Positions 20,048 through 29,659 of a stretch of DNA of 64,000 bases are shown piece after piece (within the stretch, counting starts at the first letter, position 1; each line of letters opens with the position of its first letter). Location of the stretch: contig CAYXFX010000002.1 in assembly GCA_964464405.1 (NCBI GenBank), positions 44,027 to 108,026 on the forward strand, written 5' to 3'. Both the position numbers and the translations under genes were made by a program. The notes beneath the pieces were generated by a model. The model was not told the DNA's origin. It saw only the letters and a list, made by a program, of their open reading frames with translations, and searched no databases. Source of the DNA: an uncultured Candidatus Saccharibacteria bacterium. Its GTDB lineage: Bacteria; Patescibacteriota; Minisyncoccia; UBA11713; 2-01-FULL-45-33.

Positions 20048-20772
20048 ATATTTTCCGTGATATGCCCGATCAAATTTGGAGCATCTTTTTCAGGATAACG
20101 ATACGGTTTTTTGAATCTAGCAATAAATGCTATTTTTAGTAAACCGAATCCGCCCTTAATCATATTTGAAATCTTAATTTTGGATTCTCCCGCTTTCCTT
20201 TCGTTATGAGAAACCCAAACCTCGCAAACTTTAGCTCCACGAGCTCTTGCTATTGCGGGCAAAAAAACTTGAACTTGCCCCCAAAGTTCAAAATCTTTAA
20301 TAAATTTCGATTTATATGCTTTAAGTCCGCAACCAAAATCGTGAACGGTAACTCCTAATAAAATTCTGGAAATTAAATTTGCAATTTTTGAAAACAATAT
20401 TCTGGATGCCGGATCTTGGCGATTTTCTCTCCTTCCCACTACCGCGTCGCACCCCGAATCAATTTTCGTTAAGAGTTTAGGAATTTCCTCTGGTAAATTT
20501 TGCAAATCGGCATCAAGAAAAACAATGGCATCTCCTTTTGCTTCTTTTATTCCAACGTTTAGTGCTGGAGTCTGGCCAGAATTTTTCGCAAGAGTTATCA
20601 ACTTGAGAGGATTAAGTTCGCGTGCAACCATCTCGGTGTTATCATGCGATCCGTCGTTTACAAATATTATTTCGTAAGGACGGCCGTATTTTTCCATTAC
20701 GACTGTTATCCGCTGATGAAGTTCTTTTACTGTGCGCTCTTCATTATAAACAGGTACGACAATTGAAATCAT
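20044..20772 (-). CDS. GT2 undecaprenyl-phosphate glycosyltransferase (ArnC/GtrB-like)
   Basis: SIVVPVYNEE, VNDGS, DADLQN, HDFGCGLKAY. Confidence 0.87.
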   Translation of the reverse strand: MISIVVPVYNEERTVKELHQRITVVMEKYGRPYEIIFVNDGSHDNTEMVARELNPLKLITLAKNSGQTPALNVGIKEAKGDAIVFLDADLQNLPEEIPKLLTKIDSGCDAVVGRRENRQDPASRILFSKIANLISRILLGVTVHDFGCGLKAYKSKFIKDFELWGQVQVFLPAIARARGAKVCEVWVSHNERKAGESKIKISNMIKGGFGLLKIAFIARFKKPYRYPEKDAPNLIGHITENI

Positions 20773-20781
20773 ATTACTTAC

Positions 20782-21447
20782 TTATACTACCCTATTAATG
20801 TCTTCCGGCGAAGTAAAAGAAGGCCTGTTTTTTGCGATTACTGCCTTTACATTGTGTTCTTTTACAAATTTATTCATGAGCGACGTTAAATAATATTCAC
20901 CTGTCTCATGCTTTTCCGGAATGTAATTAAAAAGATCTGAATTTACAAGCATGAGCCCTCCTCCCCCCAAACTTGATTTCGGTTCCTGCGGCTTTTCTAC
21001 AATTTCAGTAATGAACCCTTCCGAAGACACCGTTACAATTCCGGAAGCCTTGGGATTTTCTACTTCCCAGCAAAGCCACGCAAATTCATTTTCAAGGCAT
21101 TTTTCAACATCGTTTTTTGAAATCAATTCGTCTGCATAAAAAATTAGAAATCTCTCCGCTTCGGTAAATAAATGCTTCGTAAGCAAAACGGCATTTCCGG
21201 TTCCCGAAAGCTCTTCTTGAACTATGTAGTGAATTTTTCTCCCTTTATAATTTTCTCCCAAGTATTCTTTGATTTTGTCGCCCATATAGCCGATGACGAG
21301 TATCGCTTCATTTATTTCTTCTGTAAGCGAATCAAAGATGTAGTCTAAAAAAGTTTTTTCGTTAAATTTTAAAAGCGGTTTAGGAACTTCATCCGTCAGA
21401 TGCCGCATTCTCTTTCCTCTACCTGCCGCCAGTATTATTGCCTTCAT
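20782..21447 (-). CDS. Sugar-1-phosphate nucleotidyltransferase
   Basis: AIILAAGRGKRM..PKPLL, GTGNA, IVEKP. Confidence 0.88.
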   Translation of the reverse strand: MKAIILAAGRGKRMRHLTDEVPKPLLKFNEKTFLDYIFDSLTEEINEAILVIGYMGDKIKEYLGENYKGRKIHYIVQEELSGTGNAVLLTKHLFTEAERFLIFYADELISKNDVEKCLENEFAWLCWEVENPKASGIVTVSSEGFITEIVEKPQEPKSSLGGGGLMLVNSDLFNYIPEKHETGEYYLTSLMNKFVKEHNVKAVIAKNRPSFTSPEDINRVV

Positions 21448-21548
21448 TCACATATTTTTAACTTTATTTTCTACTCCGTCAACTTGACGACTATAACTAA
21501 TAATGTAAATGTCACATAAGACCGTATCAGAAAGGATGTTCATGAATA

Positions 21549-21972
21549 TTGAAATCGCTGATTATTTCCGCTTTGATGTTCGGCTTGTGGCCGCTTGTGA
21601 TGCAAAAAAGCGAGCTCCCGGACACAACCAAGGCCTTTCTTTTGACTTCTGTCACAATCGTTGTGGTTGGTTTTGCATTTTTCGCGTTTATGTCCACAAA
21701 TAGTTTCCAAACCGCTGGCCAAGGGATTATAATCGCAGTACTAATTGCTAGTGTTGGCGGCGCAATGAATGGTTTTGGCACATTAAAATTTTTAGATGCT
21801 ACAAGCGCAGTTGCAAAAATAGATTTGGCAAAAGCCATTCTTACGATGATTTTAATGCAAGTTACAGCAAACGAACTCGGGGGGGATACTTCTTTACGGA
21901 TCTCCCATAACTTTGAAAAAGGTTGCGGGATTTATTTCCGCAGTCATAACTTTTTGTTTACTTGTTTTATAA
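21549..21972 (+). pseudogene. Small DMT/EamA-like membrane protein frameshifted at a G7 tract
   Basis: Hydrophobic N-terminal part; deleting one G at 21879-21885 restores ...GGILLYGSPITLKKVAGFISAVITFCLLVL* ending at 21972, before a hairpin and the convergent HAD gene. Confidence 0.7.
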
Positions 21973-22007
21973 AAAAACCGTCCGCGATTAGATCGGGGCG
22001 GTATTTT

Positions 22008-22709
22008 TTATTTGTTAAAAACACAGCGCTCAAAAAACCCGCTGATTTGCCTCCAGTCTGTAAAAACCTTGTAAGCGCCAGAGCAGTACAAATTCCTTAT
22101 TACTGTTTCGTCATCATACACTGGAATTCCGATGACCATAGAACCAGCCGCAACCCCTGATTTGACTCCTCGCGGCGAATCCTCAAATACAACCTGTTCT
22201 GTCGGATCAATCCCCATGCGAGCAGATGTTTCCAAAAAACAGTCGGGGGCAGGCTTAGAATTTTTCACGTCAGTTAGTAAAACAATTTCATGAAGCATAA
22301 AAAGTTTTGCAAGTCCGGAATATTTAAGTAGCGCCAGACCACGTTCGAGTTCAACCGCCGTCCCTATGGATGTGCGATACCCCGCACATCTGATCTGTCC
22401 GAGGAACTCCAAGAATCTCGGCCGAGGCGATAAGTCCAAAGTTCTTAAAAGCTTGTCATAATGCAACCCTTTTCTTGCAAGAAATTCTTCCTGAGTTAAA
22501 TCCGGTTTTTTAGAAGCAAGAGAATAAATTTCTTGAATAATTTCTTTATCAGGCCCACCAATGAAGTGAGGCAATGTTTTAATGGCCTCTTTAAGCGTAA
22601 GACGCACCCCAATTTCTTCGGCGGCCATAAGCCACCCATTATGATGCGCAGGCTCCACATTTATCACAGTACCTTCTAAATCAAACGCCGCTCCCTTTAT
22701 CTGTGTCAT
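22008..22709 (-). CDS. HAD-superfamily phosphatase (beta-PGM/CbbY-like)
   Basis: FDLEGTV, SKPAPDCF, VFEDSPRG. Confidence 0.85.
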   Translation of the reverse strand: MTQIKGAAFDLEGTVINVEPAHHNGWLMAAEEIGVRLTLKEAIKTLPHFIGGPDKEIIQEIYSLASKKPDLTQEEFLARKGLHYDKLLRTLDLSPRPRFLEFLGQIRCAGYRTSIGTAVELERGLALLKYSGLAKLFMLHEIVLLTDVKNSKPAPDCFLETSARMGIDPTEQVVFEDSPRGVKSGVAAGSMVIGIPVYDDETVIRNLYCSGAYKVFTDWRQISGFFERCVFNK

Positions 22710-22791
22710 CTTGCAAACCCCCTTCTTAAACTAACCAAAAACTATCAAAAAAAAGAAACAATGTCAAGCGTTAACAGGTTTTATTTCTAAT

Positions 22792-23547
22792 ATGGAGCAG
22801 CCGCAATATTTAGCGATGTACAACATGGAGCGCGATCATTGGTGGTTTCGCGGAAGGCGGAAGATACTGCATTCATGCCTAAAAACACACTCTCCCGTTA
22901 AAAGAAATAATGCCTTAGACATCGGCTGCGGTACAGGATTTAACGCGGCCTTGCTTTCAAACTTTGCAAAAAAAGTCGCTGGGCTTGATTTTTCGGACAC
23001 CGCTTTGGAGCTTGCGCGCAAAAGCAATCCGAACCTCACTTTAATTAAAGGCGCTTTTCCGGATTATAAAACTGGCGAAAAATATGAAATGATCACGTTG
23101 CTTGACGTTTTGGAGCATATTGACGATGACGCTAGAGCAATTAAACGGGTTGAAGAACTTTTGGCTCCCGGAGGGATTGCATTAATTACAATTCCTGCTT
23201 ACAAATTTTTATGGACAGAGCACGACGCGCTACTTCATCACAAGCGAAGATACACTAAGGCAGATGTCCTTAATCTAATTTCAAAAAATACATGCCTTAG
23301 CGTAAAAAAGGTAAGTTATTTTAACGCATTCATGTTTTTTCCAATTTTATTTTTTAGATTTATCAGAAAAGTTTTCCGCTTAAAAGAAGGAAATTCAGAT
23401 TTTTTTATGTTGCCCAAGCCATTAAATAATATTCTTGAAAAAATTTTTTCCTGGGAAGCACAAGCACTGCAATTCATCAATTTTCCCTTCGGAGTTTCAA
23501 TTATGGTTTTGCTGAAAAAAGAGTCGGCGTCTACTAAAGAAAGCTGA
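22792..23547 (+). CDS. Class I SAM-dependent methyltransferase
   Basis: HWWFRGRR, LDIGCGTG, LDVLEHI, HHKRRY. Confidence 0.88.
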   Translation: MEQPQYLAMYNMERDHWWFRGRRKILHSCLKTHSPVKRNNALDIGCGTGFNAALLSNFAKKVAGLDFSDTALELARKSNPNLTLIKGAFPDYKTGEKYEMITLLDVLEHIDDDARAIKRVEELLAPGGIALITIPAYKFLWTEHDALLHHKRRYTKADVLNLISKNTCLSVKKVSYFNAFMFFPILFFRFIRKVFRLKEGNSDFFMLPKPLNNILEKIFSWEAQALQFINFPFGVSIMVLLKKESASTKES

Positions 23548-23675
23548 TGTCTCTTCACTTTCCTCGCTCGCTCCGGCGCGGCTCGCTCAGGGTTTCGCGC
23601 TTCGCTCTTTTTGCTTCGCAAAAAACCAAGCCCGCTTCGCGCTCAAAACCCGCTCAGAAACATCAGCTTTCTTTA
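23535..23675. repeat. 141-bp structured palindromic element (family A, copy 1), intergenic
   Basis: 16-bp perfect terminal inverted repeat TAAAGAAAGCTGATGT/ACATCAGCTTTCTTTA; GC-rich interior with GCTTCGC motifs; homologous to 26996-27137. Confidence 0.8.
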
Positions 23676-23677
23676 AA

Positions 23678-25111
23678 TTACCAATATGTATAAAACAAAA
23701 CCTGCATAAATATGATTTGAAAAAATAACATGGAAAGAACAGAAGAAAAGTCGTCATCGCTTAAAGTTCTCCCTGAATAAATAACCGGCAAAATAAAAAG
23801 CGGAGTTATAAATAGCCAAATCCGCTCAATTTCTCCTTGGAATATGCCGACTAATAGAAAAATTGCGAGCATAAAAAATCCGACTAAATAGGGCCATAAT
23901 TTTTCTCTAAATATATTCCTGACATTTTTTAAAATAAGATAAATATTGGCAAATCCCAAATAAATGCAAAAAGCCGCCAAGTTTATAAAAAAATAAATAA
24001 AATATATTCTAATTGATTCGAAGTTGCTGCTAACCGTTTCCGCGTTGGATTTATAAGAATCAAAAAAATCATTAATCACCGAATATCCTGCCCAAAGCTT
24101 AAGCGCTAAAAAAAATAAAATAAATCCCAAAGCCGCAAAAACAGCCCTTGCGAAAGTTTTAAAATTATTTTGCGAAAAATTAAAAAGTGCGTAAATAATA
24201 AGCAATAAATATAAAGGTGTGAGCAGCAAAAAAAGGAAATTTGAAAAAAGCGAAAACCCCGCTAGTACCCCTCCCGCGAAAGCCAAAATGAGATTTTTTT
24301 TAACGCCAAAGTAAATTAGCACAAACGCAATAAATGAGAAAAACAAAAACGTCGTTTCCATCGAAGTCGCGCTAAACATAAGGAAACTCGGAACAAGCGC
24401 GAAAATCTGAATTCCGCGCCTTGCTTCTGCTTCACTGGCAAATTCGCACAATAAATAGTAAAGTAGGAAAATAGTAAGACCCCCAAGCATTACAACTAAT
24501 AGGGATATGCCGGCTAAATTTGGCCAAGAAACTTTTTGAAAAGCGTAAAGTATTAAAGAATACCCGGGTGGGTGCCAACGGCTATGAAGCGCAAGCTGGA
24601 GTTTGAGATTCGAATAGTCTTTTATAAAATCCTGCGCGCTTGTAATAAGCGGCAAATTACCAGAATATTCCCAGCGAGTGCGGGTAAACGGTTCATAAAC
24701 GCCGTAAAATCCCTCGCGTATTGCCGCAATACTAACCGCAAGAAAAACAAATATTATATAAAGTGTAAGTAAAAATTTAAAAGTTGAAAAATTTTCTATC
24801 CGCTTCCTAAAATAAATAAATATTAAAAAAATAAAAAATGCGGCCGAAAACCAAAAATATCCCGATGTTTTAGGTGAGAAAATCGCATAAAAAATTAAAC
24901 GGTCGGGAATATAACCTTTGTAAAAAAAAGAAATAAAAGCTTTAAGTAAAGAAAAAAAAGAAACGAGTCCCAAAACCAAAAAAAATAAGCGCCGCGAAAA
25001 AACATTTTTCTTAAAATAAAAAAAATACCAAAAAGTAAATATGACGGAAAATATAAATAACGTAACAATTCCCCAAAAAGCAATTACGAGCTTCGGCCCT
25101 GAAATATCCAT
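23678..25111 (-). CDS. Polytopic membrane GT-C-like glycosyltransferase
   Basis: More than 10 TM segments; HSRWHPPG, SMETTF and GEIERIWLF motifs; adjacent to a GT2. Confidence 0.65.
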   Translation of the reverse strand: MDISGPKLVIAFWGIVTLFIFSVIFTFWYFFYFKKNVFSRRLFFLVLGLVSFFSLLKAFISFFYKGYIPDRLIFYAIFSPKTSGYFWFSAAFFIFLIFIYFRKRIENFSTFKFLLTLYIIFVFLAVSIAAIREGFYGVYEPFTRTRWEYSGNLPLITSAQDFIKDYSNLKLQLALHSRWHPPGYSLILYAFQKVSWPNLAGISLLVVMLGGLTIFLLYYLLCEFASEAEARRGIQIFALVPSFLMFSATSMETTFLFFSFIAFVLIYFGVKKNLILAFAGGVLAGFSLFSNFLFLLLTPLYLLLIIYALFNFSQNNFKTFARAVFAALGFILFFLALKLWAGYSVINDFFDSYKSNAETVSSNFESIRIYFIYFFINLAAFCIYLGFANIYLILKNVRNIFREKLWPYLVGFFMLAIFLLVGIFQGEIERIWLFITPLFILPVIYSGRTLSDDDFSSVLSMLFFQIIFMQVLFYTYW

Positions 25112-25817
25112 AGTTATACCAGTTTATAACGATGAAGCAGCAATCGGCAAGAGCTTGCGTTTGCTTACCGATTTCATAAATTTAGGCGGTCTAAATGCCG
25201 AAGTTTTAATAATTAATGACGGGGGCAAAGACAAAACTCTGGAAACCGTAAAAAATGAAATGCAAAAATTCCCTTTTATTAAATTAATCGATAGAAAAAA
25301 AAATAAAGGAAAAGGTTTTACAGTAAGAGAAGGTTTTGGCGCAGCCCAAGGAGATATTATTTTGTTTACTGACGCCGATCTTCCGTACGGAACAAAATAT
25401 TTCGAAAAATTCATTGAAGCAATTAATTCTGGCGCAGATTTAGCTATCGCAAATAGAAATCTTTTAAAATTCATGAAAGAAAAGAAAAGCCCCGGACTCT
25501 TGCGCACTCTAAACCATTGGGGTACAATATTTTTTGTAAAAATGCTGCTAGGCCTTCCCTTTTCAGACACTCAAGCGGGACTTAAGGGAATAAAAAAAGA
25601 AGCGGCGATGCGCCTCCTTCCTAAATTAACTATTGATAGGTATGCTTTCGATCTTGAACTTTTGGTAGCCGCCAAAAAATCAAATTTCAAAATTGCTGAA
25701 ATTCCCGTAGCGCTTGAAAATGTCGGATCCTCACACATCAATATTTTGCGCGACACTCTCGAAGCCCTGCGCGACGCTCTTAAAATCTGGTGGAGAATGA
25801 GAAAAAATTTATATTGA
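25041..25817 (+). CDS. GT2 polyprenol-phosphate glycosyltransferase
   Basis: ISIVIPVYND, INDGG, GKGFTV, DADL, DTQAGLK, YAFDLELL. Confidence 0.87.
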   Translation: MTENINNVTIPQKAITSFGPEISIVIPVYNDEAAIGKSLRLLTDFINLGGLNAEVLIINDGGKDKTLETVKNEMQKFPFIKLIDRKKNKGKGFTVREGFGAAQGDIILFTDADLPYGTKYFEKFIEAINSGADLAIANRNLLKFMKEKKSPGLLRTLNHWGTIFFVKMLLGLPFSDTQAGLKGIKKEAAMRLLPKLTIDRYAFDLELLVAAKKSNFKIAEIPVALENVGSSHINILRDTLEALRDALKIWWRMRKNLY

Positions 25818-25853
25818 AAATATTATCTAAAAAAAGACTAGCGGAGTCTCAAA

Positions 25854-25895
25854 AAGCATTCCAACTTTACGCGATCGCGTAAAGTTGGAATGCTT
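25854..25895. repeat. 42-bp perfect palindrome; solo copy of the site that flanks the Cas2-like gene
   Basis: AAGCATTCCAACTTTACGCGATCGCGTAAAGTTGGAATGCTT; its 24-bp core is identical at 63179 and 63783. Confidence 0.95.
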
Positions 25896-25981
25896 ATTTT
25901 TATTTTTTCTTTTTTCTGAAATTTACCACTTGGTGCGCTATAGCATGTTATGTTGCATTTTAAATATTTAGATCATTTCAT

Positions 25982-27613
25982 TTAATTGCTTTTGTACAGC
26001 ACGTAATGCCCTTCGTTTTTGAGAAGAGTATATTTTGTTTTTAGATCATTTTCAAGATCCGGGAAAAGGGTCGGATAGTCCTCTTGCGTTACAACATAAG
26101 AATACATTTTTCCGTTTTCTGTTAAAGAGTTCCTGCCAAAATATAATACCGGATTAATTTGGAGAAATTGATAAATCTGAAAATCATTAAGCAAATATGC
26201 GACGCTGGGAGCATTAATGATTAGTATTTTAGAATCTTTAGGCAAGGCGTTTGAAATATAATCTGAAATTTTTTGTGCGTCATTTGAATAATATAGCAGT
26301 GAATATCTTTGATTAAATGTGAAAACCAGCTGGAACAGAAATATAAATATAATTGCTGCTTGCGCGGCTTTAATGTAATTAAAACTAGTTATTACTTTAG
26401 GAACTTTAAAAATTAATTTCTTTTTTGAATTTAAATCTACCAGCTTTTTTTCAATATTTTTTAGTATGTAAGTAATAGACGCAGGAAACGTAAGAAAAAG
26501 CAGAAGATGTGCTGGGAAAAAATAACGGTACCAACCTGGTGTTTTTAAATAAAAAATAAGTGTAAAAATCGTAAAAATAAATAAAATTGACTCTGTTTCC
26601 TGAACTTTTTCTTTTTTTATTTTTTTGATAATTAAAAACAAAATAAATGCAGAAAAAAGAACTGTGAAATGGATAGGAGTTGATTCCTTAAAAAACCTCA
26701 CTATATTTTGCAAAATAAGTTCAATTAAATTTTGCGAGGCATATGAGTTTGAGTAATAACCGAAAGCGCTAATAAGCCCCCCTGCTGAATACTCGGAAAG
26801 AATCGTATATAGCCAAAAAATCATAGGGGACAACGCGCCTGCGGCGATTAAAAACAGGCGCTTACATAAATTATTTAAATCTCGCCATCCGTAAATTATT
26901 TCTGCAATAAAAACTGAGGCAGGAACAATCAAAAAAAACGGTTTTGTCGCTGCCGAAAGACCAATGAACAAACCCGCAAAAAACAGGTGCCGATTGAAAA
27001 CAACCCGAGCAGTGTTTTTGCTTTCCTCGTTCCGGCCAGCGCCGGAACTCAGGGTGGAAGCTTCGCAATTTTTCGCTTTGCGAAAAAACCGTGCTTGCTC
27101 GCTTCCAAACCCGCAAAAATGCTCTCGGTTTGTTTTCTTGGGACAGAGCTCAAGCAAAATAAGCGCCGCCAGAAAATAAAATAAACCCGGAATTTCTCCT
27201 AATAAATTTTTTCCGTTGCCATAAAATGGAGTAAAACTTATGATTAGCGCGACACTCATTATCGCCAGCGTTATTCCATACATTTTTTTTACAAGAAAAT
27301 ATGCAGAAATTGTAAATAGAAATAAAAACACAACCATCGGATATCTTGCTGCCAAAATTGTATTTCCGAAAATTTTAACTGAAAGCGCAGAAGGCAAAAG
27401 CGCAGGATAATTTGAAGTTATTAAAAATTGCCTTGTTTCTACGTATTCTCCGGGGGCGGTGCCCAAGCTAAATACTCCGTCGCTCACTAAACTTTTTATT
27501 ATTCCTAAATTAATCCCCTCATCAAACCATGTAGCCGGGCTTGCGGAAAGATGCCACGTGCTAAATACGGCTAAAATTATAAAAAGTAAAATTATAATTA
27601 TTTTATTTTGCAT
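25982..27613 (-). CDS. ArnT/PMT-like GT-C glycosyltransferase carrying an in-frame ~50-codon insertion
   Basis: WFDEG, TK motif and RYFFP; hydrophilic insert ELCPKK...VVFNRH coincides with the structured element. Confidence 0.8.
   Translation of the reverse strand: MQNKIIIILLFIILAVFSTWHLSASPATWFDEGINLGIIKSLVSDGVFSLGTAPGEYVETRQFLITSNYPALLPSALSVKIFGNTILAARYPMVVFLFLFTISAYFLVKKMYGITLAIMSVALIISFTPFYGNGKNLLGEIPGLFYFLAALILLELCPKKTNREHFCGFGSEQARFFRKAKNCEASTLSSGAGRNEESKNTARVVFNRHLFFAGLFIGLSAATKPFFLIVPASVFIAEIIYGWRDLNNLCKRLFLIAAGALSPMIFWLYTILSEYSAGGLISAFGYYSNSYASQNLIELILQNIVRFFKESTPIHFTVLFSAFILFLIIKKIKKEKVQETESILFIFTIFTLIFYLKTPGWYRYFFPAHLLLFLTFPASITYILKNIEKKLVDLNSKKKLIFKVPKVITSFNYIKAAQAAIIFIFLFQLVFTFNQRYSLLYYSNDAQKISDYISNALPKDSKILIINAPSVAYLLNDFQIYQFLQINPVLYFGRNSLTENGKMYSYVVTQEDYPTLFPDLENDLKTKYTLLKNEGHYVLYKSN
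26996..27137. repeat. 142-bp structured palindromic element (family A, copy 2), inside a CDS
   Basis: Imperfect terminal IR GAAAACAACCCGAG../..CTCGGTTTGTTTTC; interior homologous to 23535-23675. Confidence 0.78.
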
Positions 27614-28925
27614 AAAAATTTTTTAATGCAAACATAAATAAAAATGGCGAAAGAGGCAGCATATACCTGCTCATATCCGCTCCGATCCCAAGTGCACCCA
27701 GAGATACAGCATTTACCGCGAGTATTGATATAAAAAGCGAAGACCAAAAAATAATTTTTCTATCAAAAAATCCAATTAAAGACAAAAAATATGTTACGTA
27801 CCAAAAAAAACCTCCGATTAAAGCAAGCAATGTAATTATATTGCCCAAGTAACTCTCAAAAATCTGCGGAAATTTCGGGCGAATAACGTATTCTGAAAGA
27901 TATTTATAAGGATTTTTAAATAGAGATTTAATGACGAGCGACGAATGAAATTTTATATATTCCAGCGGATTTTCTTTAAATATTTTCCAAAAATGTTCTT
28001 TATAATAAGGAACTAGCGCAAAATCATAATTTGAAATATCTTTTCTGGGATATCCCGAAGGCGCTTCGGGGCGCGGCAAAATAAATCCTTTTTTATCCGC
28101 ATATTGGCTCGTTACATTTCCATAAAGATTATACCAAGACGCGCTTGTTAACTCCCAAGTGTTAAAAACAATTTTATTTCGCAGCATCCAAGGGAATAAG
28201 ATCGCAAAAAAAATAATAATACTAACCGCCCCGACCTTAAGGTCGTGGCTCCAAGGAAAAATTATTTTTTCATAGGTTAACTCAGACGAGGAATTGTTGT
28301 TTATCATTTCTTCTTTCCGCTTACTATAAAACCTCCAAACCATTGCAAGCAGGAATAACGGGAAAAGATAAAATCCTACCGATCTTGTAAGAGTCGCGAG
28401 CCCAAAAATAAATGAAAACAAAAAATATCTTTTTAAAACAAATAAATAAAAACTTAGAATAAACAAGAACGCGTAGAGATAATCAGACATCAAAAGATTG
28501 TTCCAGTAAATCGACATCGGCTCAACGGAAACAACGAGAGCTGAAAAAAGCCCTACTTTTTTTGAATCAAAAATTAAAAAACCCATTTTATAAATTAAAA
28601 TAACAGTAAATCCGGCAATAATGTTTTGAAAAAAAATAACTAAAAAAAGAGGAAGGCGCGCCCACAAAACTCCTGCGATAAGCAAAATATATAACGGCGG
28701 CCTATAAGCGTCGGGCATGTAGGGAGCATCGGTGTTTAAACTAAAAACGCCGTGGTTTATTAAATTTTCAGCACTTCTTAAATAAAAAGAAAATGCATCG
28801 GAATACGCCAAAAATCCCTCGCCCCCGAATTTTATCTGCACAAAAAGCGCGTAAAGAAATCTGATTCCGAATGCCGTCAAAAAAAGAAAAGTTTCAATTT
28901 TGTGTTCTTTTAAAAATCTAGTCAT
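27603..28925 (-). CDS. ArnT/PMT-like GT-C glycosyltransferase
   Basis: SDAFSFY, YRPPLY, LMSDYL, LATLTRS, PWMLRN, SRYMLP. Confidence 0.8.
   Translation of the reverse strand: MTRFLKEHKIETFLFLTAFGIRFLYALFVQIKFGGEGFLAYSDAFSFYLRSAENLINHGVFSLNTDAPYMPDAYRPPLYILLIAGVLWARLPLFLVIFFQNIIAGFTVILIYKMGFLIFDSKKVGLFSALVVSVEPMSIYWNNLLMSDYLYAFLFILSFYLFVLKRYFLFSFIFGLATLTRSVGFYLFPLFLLAMVWRFYSKRKEEMINNNSSSELTYEKIIFPWSHDLKVGAVSIIIFFAILFPWMLRNKIVFNTWELTSASWYNLYGNVTSQYADKKGFILPRPEAPSGYPRKDISNYDFALVPYYKEHFWKIFKENPLEYIKFHSSLVIKSLFKNPYKYLSEYVIRPKFPQIFESYLGNIITLLALIGGFFWYVTYFLSLIGFFDRKIIFWSSLFISILAVNAVSLGALGIGADMSRYMLPLSPFLFMFALKNFYAK
28228..28249. repeat. 22-bp REP-like palindrome inside a CDS
   Basis: GCCCCGACCTTAAGGTCGTGGC, one mismatch. 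Confidence 0.6.
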
Positions 28926-29617
28926 CCCAAAATATTAAAACGTAAAATTGCCCAAACTGCGGCGAGTCCATCTTTCCAGTCGATTTTTTTTCCTTCCGCA
29001 TAAGTGCGGCCGCTATACGAAATTCCAACTTCATAAACTCGTAGTTTTGCGCGGGCAATTCTTGCCGTTATTTCTGGTTCAATCCCAAAACGGTTGCTTT
29101 TTAAATTATCACGTATAGCAAGAAGCGCTTTTCTATTAAAAGCCTTATATCCTGTTTCCATATCAGTTAAGTTTAAATCTGTGAATATATTTGAAAATGT
29201 CGTAAGTAATTTATTCCCGACATAATGCCAAAAAAAGAGAACTCTGTGGGCGGAAGCTCCCATAAAACGCGATCCATATACAACATCTGCTTTGCCATCG
29301 AGCAATGGTTTTAAAAGTAAATTATATTCACTAGGATCATATTCTAAATCCGCGTCTTGAATTATTGCAAAATCGCCCGAGCATTCTTTAAATCCTCTTC
29401 TGATTGCGGCCCCTTTGCCCATATTTTTTTCTTGATAAAAAATTTTATATTTTTGTTCCAAATTTTTTAACACGTCGCGCGTGCCGTCCCGAGATCCGTC
29501 ATCAATAATTATTATTTCTTTTTCCAAATCGCAAGCGTCTGCTCGCAAAATAGCATCCACTATCTTATGAATAGTGGTTTTTTCATTATATGCTGGAATA
29601 ATTACCGAAAGCTTCAT
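28922..29617 (-). CDS. GT2 polyprenol-phosphate glycosyltransferase (DPM1-like)
   Basis: [38 protein letters not shown]. Confidence 0.9.
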   Translation of the reverse strand: MKLSVIIPAYNEKTTIHKIVDAILRADACDLEKEIIIIDDGSRDGTRDVLKNLEQKYKIFYQEKNMGKGAAIRRGFKECSGDFAIIQDADLEYDPSEYNLLLKPLLDGKADVVYGSRFMGASAHRVLFFWHYVGNKLLTTFSNIFTDLNLTDMETGYKAFNRKALLAIRDNLKSNRFGIEPEITARIARAKLRVYEVGISYSGRTYAEGKKIDWKDGLAAVWAILRFNILG

Positions 29618-29659
29618 CTCTGGATTATAAAATAAATTTCAGATATAGTACAGATTATA

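Noticed and set aside
21973-22160. C-terminal part of the 203-aa ORF 21549-22160
   Set aside because: Read-through caused by the G7 frameshift; it overlaps a terminator-like hairpin and the convergent HAD gene.
28054-28070. Hairpin CCCGAAG-GCG-CTTCGGG inside the GT-C gene
   Set aside because: The 7-bp stem is single-copy with no evident peptide insertion; plausible by chance.
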